Source of the DNA: Rhynchobatus australiae
Taxonomy: Eukaryota
Reading direction: 5' to 3'
NCBI GenBank assembly: GCA_034780895.1
Contig: JAUZTB010000081.1
Coordinates: 8,566,201-8,630,200 of the forward strand
Length of the DNA stretch: 64,000 nt
The translations under genes were made by a program, and so were the position numbers. Shown here one piece after another: positions 10,261-21,092 of the stretch. The number at the start of each line of letters is the position of its first letter. Position 1 is the stretch's first letter. The notes beneath the pieces are model-generated. The model did no database searches. It was not told the DNA's origin and saw nothing but the letters and a program-made list of their open reading frames with translations.

Positions 10261-13200
10261 TCACAATGTCCTTGGTTTATGTTGGCACAGGACCTATGAG
10301 GGTGGCACCTAGACTATCATTTCCATTCTGGTAGATGACCTGTGCCGTGAAAAGAACACTCAAATTGGCTTGATGGGTTAGGGAGGGAAGAGGAATGGGT
10401 GGCGGGAATGGGAGGGCAAACAGGGTATTACACTGAACAATTAAATTTTTATAAATATATATATTTATATATAAATTGAATCAGGATCTGTGTTCAAAAT
10501 CCACCCCCACCCCCTCCCCATAGAACCTGGTAAGTGGGGTAATACCGTGGACTGGTATAGTGCATTGCTAGCCGGGTGAGGGAAAGAATGCTCCGTTTAC
10601 ATACAGAAGGGGGCAGGGGAGATGGTCGCACCGTGAGGGCCTTGTTGACCGACTCGGAGGCGACTAGCGAACCTTGGCTGGAACGGTGTCTTACGCCGCC
10701 TTTACCTCCGACAATTAGATNNNNNNNNNNCCGACAATTGAGGGCAGCGAAACATAAGGTACGAGAAAGAGGGAGAAATCCTTTAAGCTGCAGTATCCCT
10801 GGCTTTCAGAAGATCTGAAGGTCGTGGAGATGTGTGAATAGTTCCAATTTCCATTGAGTTGCTGTGTACAGGTTGATGGAGGTACTCTACACACACTCTT
10901 AGTTTTCTTGTTGAAGGTGGAATAACTGGTACTCTATACGAAATGAAACACAGGCCATTATTCACAGTGGTCCAGTCTCAAATTGGCAGTGACCATTTGT
11001 GTGGACTGGGGAATAAAAGGGCAGAAATTGGATCTTGTTGCACATCTCCAGCAGGCCAGCTATTTCAGAGCTGTCAGAAATCAAATCTACACAACATCTT
11101 CATGTGTGAATGTTCTCATGGACCTCTTGCAATTTTGCCTTCTCCCCACCATTAAAACAAGAAATGGAGAAGGTTTACTTATTAATAAACATTGTAGCTT
11201 GAAATGCCCCTTCTTGAAGAAGGGGTAAAAACTTTTTATTTTGCAGAGTCCTATTTGAGGTTGGGGCTCAGTGGGGTGGGTGGGGAGAAAGTTCAGGAAG
11301 TCTTTCCTGAAGAGTTCGTAATACTGAGGTCGCCATCTTACTTGGTGCAGCCACTACACCGAGATCATCTGTGGCCCCTGGACTGATTGTCCATCAGAGA
11401 GTCTTAAGCTAAGACAAGAAAGGTTTGTCTGCACAAAAAAATCTTTTCAAATTCGTCTGAGAAGTCATTGTGAGATTGTGTGGCTTTTTTTGTGTTTGCC
11501 TCTGTGTGTGTGTGTGAGTTTCTGTGCTTGTGTCCATTTGTCTCAACCAGTATTTCCCAGATAACCTGCATCTTGCCATTTTTAAAAATTCATAGACATC
11601 CCATGTTGTGTCGCTAGCTTTCAGTTTAATATGCAGAAGGTTAAATGTCCCTGAAAATTGGTCCTGGTATAAAGCTTTGCCACTGTGTGCCATTCAGAGT
11701 CACAGCTGCACAGACCAACTCCCTTAGTGAGTCCAAACTAATGTGAGTCTCGTGACCTACTTTGGATGGCTGCAATGAAATTTATTACTTCTGGGAATCC
11801 CAGAGGCCCACATCTTTGGGTTATTGTTACCTAACAATGCAACTTCCAAATCAGGCACGTCACTAAGTATTGTTGTATCATCCCAAGTAGCAACAGAGGA
11901 ACAACTTTAATTTAGGAGAGCCAGGGTTAAGCTTATGAATGGATTTCCAGATCCAACTCCCAGATCCAACCAGAAATATTGGATTCAGAAACCTTTCTTT
12001 TAAAAAGAAAACCAGGTTTTACGGCTTTCTTTTCCTCTTTCAGCTGTGAATGATCCTTAAGAAAAGAAATGAAAAACCTTTTCACCTAGGCCAGATGAAT
12101 TCTTGAGTGGTCCCTAATGAAGAACACTTATATTGTCCTCTTGTTTTTTGTACTCACCCTAAAAGAAAATAATATCAGTTTACCACCTGGTCTGACCAAG
12201 TACATGGCGACCCTCAGCAGCAGGTCCCATGGAGTTTTTGGGGGAGGGAAAGCAGATTAAACATTGGAGGAAATGTGAAGTTAATCCATGTCAATTGTAT
12301 AATCAGGCCTCCACTCATCCCCATCAGCTGATGGAGTCACAGACATTCCCATCTTCCTCCCCTTTGTTCCCACCTATAGGAGATTTGGCGAGGCAAGAGG
12401 TCTCATTGAGTTGAGGGTGGGGACTGGGGCTGTGGCTTACCTCTTTAAAAAAAAGCAAACTAATCCAACAAAACATGAACTTCATTATATCCTGTTAGGT
12501 TGAAAGTTTCGGAAAAAGTGTGTCCAAGATGTTGTGTTGAAGCTGGATTTCTGTCTGTATCGCATGTGTGTCAGCTGTCAGTCTGTTGCCCAGTAGTTGT
12601 ACTGCCTGGCTTGAGTTTTCTTTTGCCTTTTTTTTAAAAAAAAGTGTTTTTTACTGTGTTGTGCTATCTATGAAGTCTTACTGTATGACCAATGATAGAT
12701 TTGCAACTTGCTATTCTATCTTGCCAATTTAGCATTTTCTGTTGGATATCATTGGGTATGAGTACATTCAGTTCTTAGCCAGCCAAGTGAGTTAATGTAA
12801 CTCAAAGAAAAAAATAACTCTTACAATTTTTCAGAGTTGAGCTGTCATGCTGTTGGCCTTCCCCAAAATCTCTCTGTACTCCTTTGCAGAACTTCTGGTT
12901 AAATTAATGAGTGGCACGCTGGCAGCAGCTGAAAGAGACAACGTCATGTAACGAACATCAGAGAGGTCATGCAACTTAATTTAAGTCCTTTAAAAAACGA
13001 CTTGCCAGCTGCTGCAGTCTGCGTTGCTGTCCAAGTCAGTACTTCCCTTCTATCACTGAAGGATTGCAAAATACCTGACAGGACTTTGTGACACCAATTC
13101 CTTCAAATTCAGAAGCTGGCAGGAGTGGACAAATAGAACACTAGAGAATTTAAGTGCAACCCAGCACCTGCCTGTTTTGAACTGGCCTACCAGTTTGATG

Positions 13201-16200
13201 GAAGGGTAACTTACAGCTCAATTCTAGACAAATAGGTGACATCAGATGGGTTAAATGGGTTAACATTTGAACCTTCTGATCCCAATCTTGATGTGTCCTT
13301 GATGACAGTCTGGCTGAGAGCTGATGTATTAGCCCCTCAGGTTAAAATGTTGGCCATTGTAAGTGAATATTGGAAAGCTATGCAGTGTCTTGGTTGTGAC
13401 TCCTCTTTCACTTTACGATCATACGTGCATTTTTTTTTATTTTACTTTGCTGCTTCATTGAAGTTTATCATGTCTTTACTGGGTTTGAGTGTTCCACCAT
13501 CAGCTCAGTATCTTTTCGAACACAAGGCATTTTTCAAACTGTGGTGGAACGCAGGTGCTTTCAAGCTAGTTTGAGGATGGCTCCGAAGATCAAAGGCCCA
13601 GATCATTGAGTCTTCTCATATTGGCAGGACAGCAAGTCCAGTCCATCGTTGTTCAATTATGCCTTTAAAAAGTTTCTGTTATTACAGTTTCAGTTAATCA
13701 CCTTGTATTGTCATCCTTTTCCTTTGCATCACATGGCATCCAGTGTCTTTTTTTGGCATCTGAGGATCTCTTTCAAGCAAAGACCATGCTCCGTTGATTT
13801 GACATGTAGAAGAATGTACTATGTATATCATTTTGGGAAGTGTTTTTGAGTAGAGCTAATTGTTNNNNNNNNNNNNNNNNNNNNNNNNNNNNNNNNNNNN
13901 NNNNNNNNNNNNNNNNNNNNNNNNNNNNNNNNNNNNNNNNNNNNNNNNNNNNNNNNNNNNNNNNNNNNNNNNNNNNNNNNNNNNNNNNNNNNNNNNNNNN
14001 NNNNNNNNNNNNNNNNNNNNNNNNNNNNNNNNNNNNNNNNNNNNNNNNNNNNNNNNNNNNNNNNNNNNNNNNNNNNNNNNNNNNNNNNNNNNNNNNNNNN
14101 NNNNNNNNNNNNNNNNNNNNNNNNNNNNNNNNNNNNNNNNNNNNNNNNNNNNNNNNNNNNNNNNNGAGATAAGTGTCTTGCTGCATTGGATTAACCATCA
14201 TATACGTACATACTACAAGCATGCACTTATGAACACACATGTAGATTTACATACATAAATAACACATCCTATGCATAAACAAGTCTTTGCCCATCATGGA
14301 ACATTCCTGTTAATCTCGCTCTCAGTGCATCGATAATGCAATTTCAGGCATAAATCCAACCAACATACAATAATCACCACTATGTGACCAGAGAGGAAAA
14401 TATGAAATTTTGCTATAAACTCATTTTGTTCACCAAATTCTTTCAGATTCACATGGGACTCTCCTTAATTCTATCTGACAACCTATTCTCCACTTAACTG
14501 ATAGTACAATAATGATTGAGTAGCAGTGGGACTAACTTAATTTCGACCTCAAACTTTCATCTATGTGACTTAGACCCATCCAACTTGGACTATGAATCCC
14601 AGTTGTCAAGTGACGGTACTTCACAAAACTGGCTGCGATGTGTACACCTTACGGCTTAACACTGGCTCGGTAAGCAGTTCAATCTTTCAGGATGATCTAC
14701 AGTACACCCCAGTCCCCAGCCAAAAGTACACTCAAAAAAGCCAAACCAGTAAGGAGAGAGAGGAGGGTGTGAGATTTGAGGTGTGAGAGGAATGCAAGGT
14801 AACAAGACACAGAAGGCAAAAGAAAATTGTGCTGTTATCTTGCATTATATTATGCTTTGCTCCAGCTATGTTTGCATGATTTCCATTCTGTCACAAGTTG
14901 AAGCCTTTCATTCTCTGTGCTGTGTCTTCTTGTTTGTTTGTGGTCCAAGCTACGGTACCCCCACCATTACCACCAAGGACACCTAAACTTGGTGTATCCC
15001 ACAAGGAGTTCCAGGTGCTTCAGAGGTCCATTTTAACTCTACTTGCCAGACAGGAAACCCACAGGTTAAGATGAACAGAGCTTTTGCATCCTGCTCAACA
15101 TTACACCTATTTGATTGTGAGTGAAGTTTAAAACCAACCATCATTCACCGTTGACCCCTTCATGTTGTATAGGGAAGCATTAAGCAGCTACCATATCATA
15201 TTGACTTAATCAGTGGCCAAGGCTCTGTGGGATTTCGGCTTGGACAAGGCTTGTGGTGGTTAGAAGTGGGCATCTTCCATTGACAAGTTGAGGAATGGTG
15301 AGGAATGGTTAAAAATGTTGGGTGCTGAGGAATCTGCAGAGACCAAGCACTGAGAAGCAGGGCACAAGGTTGGGTGAGCAGGAAGATATTATTGTCAATG
15401 CTTTTCCTAAGTCTCTATCCCAGAGTGGCATTGCCAGGGCAGGGTAACTAGTTAGTCCTGGTCATCTCTGGTGATCCCCAGTAGCCAAGATGATGGCAGA
15501 CTGAAAAGAAATTTGGTCGGGTGGGGGTGGAGGGCGCATGGATTTGTGGCTTCCAGCTTCCCAGGCAGTCATCAGCAGAAGGAATGAATCCCACCCGACG
15601 ACATTGCTCTCTGCCACTCAGTTACAAGCGAGGTCATCTCCACCTATTGTTTTCCCACGCATAGAGCATGGCAACATCCAAAAAGGCAATAGAAGGGTGA
15701 AGGTAAAGAGAGGACAGGAAACTAACATGGGCATAGTTATAGATCCCAAGTAATTCTGTTTTAATGCAAACTAAGACCTTTGGTTTTAAATATTAGACAA
15801 TAGGGAGATAATGAGTTTGCATTTGATTTTAATCCCTCTGCCACATCAGTTTTTGATTTAATCCAACAAAAGGTCAAAATAGCCTGCAACAGGTAAAGGG
15901 AATTTCACAGCCTGTGTAAAGGGGAGAGTAATAAGGTTTGTTTCATGTGCTTGTTTCAAGTCGATACTCGGATGGAATCAGTCTGCTGGTTTATGATTTG
16001 CATGTTATGGGAGGAGACGGTGATGTGAGATTGACACTAGAACTCTCATTCAACGAACAAGGAGGAAGACCAGACATTTTGTTCAATTAGAATTGATGCT
16101 CAAAGCAAGCCCTGCCCATTGCATAATTATTCAGGACTTTAACACTAATGGTTCCGAAGCTCAGGCCACTGTGAAGGAGCACACTGCACTGGGATGTGAA

Positions 16201-16992
16201 AGCAAAGATGTTGTAGATTGTTGGTAGATTTGATTCTTGATGCTATGAAATGTCCTCGTACCCTAGAATCATCCATCCAAAATCCTGCAGCAAGCACGCC
16301 ACCCATTGTGTTTGGTCTTTAATAAGTCCAGCCCTCCAATCAGGCTAAGTTTTAAAACATGCCCTGTTCTCTTCCCTTTGCTGTTTTATTTATTTTAAAT
16401 TTGTATTCATTTCCTACGGTTAAACTGGCAACAGATGCCTCATGATTCCATCTGCTTCCCCTTGCTGCCCGTTTTCACACAGCAAAGAAGCTATTTCTCT
16501 TCTTTGACTTTGCTTTCTCCCACCACTTGATATTCCATCTGTCCAGCCACTTACCAACCTTAAAGAATTTGTTCCACATCTGTGGGTTCAAAGCTGATTT
16601 GCACAGAGCCCACAGACAAAAGACTGAGCCCTGGTGGTGTCAGCAACAATTCTTTCCACCTGTCATGGAATGGTTTTGAACAGATTGGTAAGAGTGTCCT
16701 TAAATCCTGCTCAAAATGTCACTTGAAGCTATGAATATTCAATTTTCCAGACAAATAATCTGAAGTATTTAAACAATGCAATAAGTTTGTGTGCACAGCT
16801 AAATTGGAATTTATTAGCGAATATATTCTTTAATGCCTGTTGCCCCCGATTATAAATTTACTCCCTCATGTGCTGTTTTGAGGACTTGGCTTGGTTGCTC
16901 CAAGGTACAGAGGGGTTCGCCCTCCTTGGCGATGGATGCTGTGGCTTTAACATGGATTTCTTCCCTTTTTATATTTTATTTGTTTTGTTTAG

Positions 16993-17163
16993 GAGAGGCA
17001 GCTCTCAACGATGGGGGCCACCAACTCCCGGCTGATGAGTACCCTAACTCACATGAAAGACCGGTGCAGCGAGACCCAGCTGAATGGCGTGACGTCATCG
17101 CACCCTCCGCCGCGCCTCCAGATCACTGAAAACGGCGAATTCCGTAATGCCAGCGGCCACTGA
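16993..17163 (+). CDS. SYNGAP1: Terminal coding exon of Ras/Rap GTPase-activating protein SynGAP (alpha2-type C-terminus, 56 aa plus stop; partial gene)
   Basis: Long T-rich tract ending tttgtttag|GAG; phase-0 translation ERQLSTMGATNSRLMSTLTHMKDRCSETQLNGVTSSHPPPRLQITENGEFRNASGH*. ERQL...PPPRLQITENGEFRN...H matches recalled mammalian SynGAP alpha2; NSRLMSTLTHMKDR resembles paralogues DAB2IP/RASAL2. This frame is absent from the ORF track. Confidence 0.88.
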   Translation, partial: ERQLSTMGATNSRLMSTLTHMKDRCSETQLNGVTSSHPPPRLQITENGEFRNASGH

Positions 17164-17600
17164 TGCAAGGGAAAAGGGGGCTGCAGCGGGGGTAGGGGGG
17201 TGGAAGCAAGGTCAGGTGCAAGACATCTCTCCTACCCACTACTTAACTTCGTCTCTCCTCTCCCTTCCCCCCACTTACCCCTGCTCAAGTGTGCCCACAG
17301 TGGGATGGAGCTGGCAAAACAGCAGAAATGAAAACCAATTTTAACTATTAATAATTATTTTATATCCTATCGTCATCCATGCACGAACACTCCTGAGTCC
17401 AAGGGCTGTGGACAATGCCTGGATCTCGATGCACTTAATGAGTGGTATATTTTTCATTGCACTTTTTTACTTGTGCCGTGTTTAAATGGCCTACTGTGTG
17501 AGAAAGAAAAGGAAAACGTTTGAGATATAAATATAAATAATATATATAAATAAATATAACAGAAAATTGTACAGTTCATAAAAATCTCTAGTTATGTGGA
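17164..17600 (+). other. Proximal 3' UTR of SYNGAP1 (end uncertain)
   Basis: Follows the stop codon; AU-rich, free of recognisable repeats; aataaa near 17549; overlapping TTGCACT/GCACTTT seed matches at 17457-17465. Confidence 0.55.
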
Positions 17601-17989
17601 GAGTGGGTTTGACTGAAATCTTCATTTATAAGGCTATTAATTTCATTCCTGGCTAATGCTTGCATTTGGTACAATTTGGATGGCATTTGGTTCTGGTTGC
17701 TCCAATTCACCAGGAAGGAAGTGTGCATTTCTCCATCTACACACACCCCTCCCCCAGGAGAATTTGAGCCAAATTCAACAGTACTAGTGAGATTCTTGAA
17801 GTAATCTGCCTTTTGTAATTCAGCCTCTAATGGAAAGAAACAGACCAGATCTCACTTGGTGGTTTATAAATATTGGAAGTGTCCCTTTACATTTAATATG
17901 ACAACCAGAGATTATACAGTGGTGCTAAAAAATACACTGGCACAAAACATGTTCATTTAAAATTCCTTCTCTCGTTCATTTACTTAAAA

Positions 17990-18330
17990 TAAGAGATTTG
18001 CATTTCATAACCTCAGGCCATCCCCAAGTACCCTGTTGATAAACAGATAGGTGATAATGACTGGATAATCTGTATTTGTGATGTTGGCTAGGGATAAATT
18101 GGCTGAAACATCAGGGGGATATTCCCAGTTCTGCTTTGAAATTCTGTGATCCATTCTTTTACATTTACCAGAGAGGCTGGTTGGTGCCTCAGTTTAACGT
18201 TGTATCTCAAAGAATTACTTGCCACAGTGCAACACTCCCTCAGTACTCCAGCCCAGATTGTGTGTTCCTGGAGTGGGAACTGAACCTACAACCTTATGAC
18301 AGTTTCCACTGGGTCACAATTGATTTGTCT
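17990..18330 (-). mobile_element. Deu-domain SINE (SacSINE1/AmnSINE1-like)
   Basis: gtgatgttggctagggataaattggc...cctcagtttaacgt...acagtgcaacactccctcagtact...ggagtgggaactgaacc; homologous to 54790-55170. Confidence 0.7.
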
Positions 18331-18519
18331 TAGAGGAGAATTTTTCAGGAAAAGAATAGATGAAGATGAGATGTATTGGATGTATACTTTTGTGTTCATA
18401 AATTAATGCCCCTCACAGTAACTGAGGTTGGATCTGTTTGGTTTCAGCCACCTGAATGGCAGGTAATCAGTGTTTCCATTTGAGATATTTTTGAAAATAA
18501 TTCCAAAAACCGATTGAGG

Positions 18520-19410
18520 CTGTGCTCAAACTAGGAGCTCAAGTTTTGCTGTTCCCTTGAACTAGATGTCTTAATTCAGTTCATTGTCTCATTGGGCACT
18601 CGAGTCCTGCTAACCACATAAGTTTAGAATCCCTAACTCCTCATGATCAACTGTGATGGTCTCTCGGACTAGAATTCCAGCAGCTATGGGTTCTTAACAT
18701 ATAAAACAAATCTTGCTGGTCTCAAACTAAAATCCTGGATCACTGTTAAACTGAAAGCCTAATTCCAGATGGTCACTCAAACTAGAATTTAACTGCTCGC
18801 TTCCCCTTATCGCACTTGGCTTCTCCAGCTACGAAACCAATTGGATATTCTAACTGGAAGTCAAGCTCCTGTTGTTCTGTGAAACGTATCTGGACTTCTG
18901 ATTGGCACTCATGCTAGAAATCCAACTCTGCCTGATATTTCAACTAAATTTTTGACTCCTGTCATCGTCTAGAAACCCAACTCTTGATGCCTGCATATAG
19001 AAGCCCATATCCTGTTGTTTTCTCCAACTAGATAATCTGGTTCTGACAACTAGAAGCACATAATTCTGCAAAGACAAGATTGACTTATGATCTTTCAAAA
19101 TGCAATTTTGCACCTTTTTATTTCTTGGGTGGAAAGCCATGTCTCCCAAGCTCTAAAGTCTTCACTCCTGTTGATATTGAGGACCCTTCGCTCTGCAGCT
19201 CAGACAACCATTTGGATTTCTGAGCCCTGACTACTACTGATCTAAACCCAAAGCCTGGACTACTGTTGGATTCCTGGACCCTAAGACTCAACTTCTCTTG
19301 GGACCCGAAGTACGATTTCTGTTGGTGCCCTGGAACTGAAGTCCCCACTCCTGTGGATATGCTGGATGTCAAGCGAGCTATTAGAACTGCTTGGATATTA
19401 AGTTCCCATC
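18520..19410. repeat. Highly degenerate tandem repeat, period roughly 30 bp
   Basis: Recurrent motifs aactagaa, ctagaaatccaactc, ctagaaacccaactc, cactcctgttgatat, cactcctgtggatat. Confidence 0.5.
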
Positions 19411-20794
19411 CGCACTAAAGCACCGGGATGATTTTTCAAAATCTTAAGGAAGGAAATTAGGTGTTGCCTGGACAGTTTTTATTAGTTTATGTAAAATGAA
19501 TCCAAGATGTCTGTTTTCCCAAAACATATGTTTTCCAATGCAGTGGTGCTGAGTATTGGTATCAGGTTGGATGATGCGGATGATCAAGATGAGGTTGGCA
19601 TGATGCATATAACTGGGAAGTAAATAGATGGAATCATGGTAGTTCATTGGGAAGAGTGTGGGCACATCATAGATAACCTAAGGAATGTAGTAGATTATGC
19701 ATGGTGGTGGATTGGAGCTGGTAATAGTTGAGGCTATGGGGATGTGCTGGTGGTTGGTATAGATAATTGTTGGGAGAGAAACGGTTAAGAATACGAGAGC
19801 AGATGATGCTGGTAACTTATTTATGTCTTGTGATGAGGAAAGAATTGATTATTTATATTGCATCCATCTATTCCCTCAGGGCACCCCTAAAGTGATTTTC
19901 AGCCAATGAAATACTTTTTAAAAGGGTAGTCAGTTTTTTGATCTGAGAAATGTGGCAGCCAAATTATACACATTAAACAAAGTGGTTCTGCTTGGTAGAT
20001 ATGTTAATAACAAATGTAAATTCAGAGAATGATCACCATGATATTAGGCATAGGACCTAATAAGATCCCCAAAAGGGAAAGTGACAAGCTTAATTCCTGA
20101 TTGACTCAATTTGCATTTATATATGCCTTAAAAAATAATAAACCGTCCAAAACACTTTACTAAATTAATCCAGCCAAAAATTGGTACCATGCCAATGAAG
20201 GGCAGAGAGATTGGTTAGAAGAAGGAAAGAGAAGCAGAGAGCTTTAAGGAAGCTTATTCCAGACTGAGAGCACATCAGCTAATGATGGGTTGAAGGAAAT
20301 CTGGTATGTACAAGAACCCAGAATTAAAAGCGTGTAAAAAAAACTTAATACTGGAAGGTTGGAGCAGTCAAAGGGCTACAGACATAAGAGTGATGCTATG
20401 GAGTGGAACCAGAAGCCAGTATTGGTCTCATTATCAGCATTAGAAGAGGTGGTGAGAACGGCACTGGCTATTAATCAAGATGCAGATGTCAGTGGAGGCG
20501 TAAGGGACTGCAGATGCTGGAATCAGAACTGATGCAAGGCCCAAAACGTCAGCCATCCCTTTGCCTCCGCAGGTGCTGCTTGACGTTCAGGGTTCCTCCA
20601 GAAACTTGTTTCTTGGCTGCAGGCAACAGTGTTCTTCCGGTTTTGGCTGTTTCATGGAAAGTGAGATTTTATGGAAAGTGAGGTATTGAAAAATGATGTG
20701 TGTATTTATCAAGGATGTACATGGGATTATTGTTCCATTTCCCACCTCATCCGGGGTTGCTGATTGCATTACAAAAGGAAGAAACAATACATAG

Positions 20795-21092
20795 TCTCCT
20801 TCCCAGGGTACAAATGTCAAATACTAGAGGACATTGCTCTAAGGTGAGGAAGGGGAAAAGTTTGGGGCAAGCTTTTACACAGAATGGTAAGTGCCTGGAA
20901 TTCCCTGCCAGAGGTAGTGGTGGAGGCAGATACAACAGTGGCGTTTAAGAGGCATTTAGACAAACACATGAACATGAAGGGAATGAGCTAAATGGATCAT
21001 ATGCAGGCAGATGGGGTTAGTTTCATTTGGCTTCATGGTTAGTACAGACATTGTGGGCCAAAGGGCCTGTTCCTGTGCTATACTGTTCTATA
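20795..21092 (+). mobile_element. CR1/HER1 LINE 3' end
   Basis: actagaggacat...taaggtgag...tggtggaggcagatacaa...tttaagaggcatttagac...gggccaaagggcctgttcctgtgct. Confidence 0.8.

Noticed and set aside
11383-11400. tgattgtcca resembling the start of miR-219
   Set aside because: Match ends after 10 nt and no hairpin is evident
16833-17129. 98-aa ORF from the supplied track, including SPSL as in SynGAP beta
   Set aside because: Wrong frame relative to the conserved SynGAP peptide and runs through the polypyrimidine tract; beta derives from a different exon
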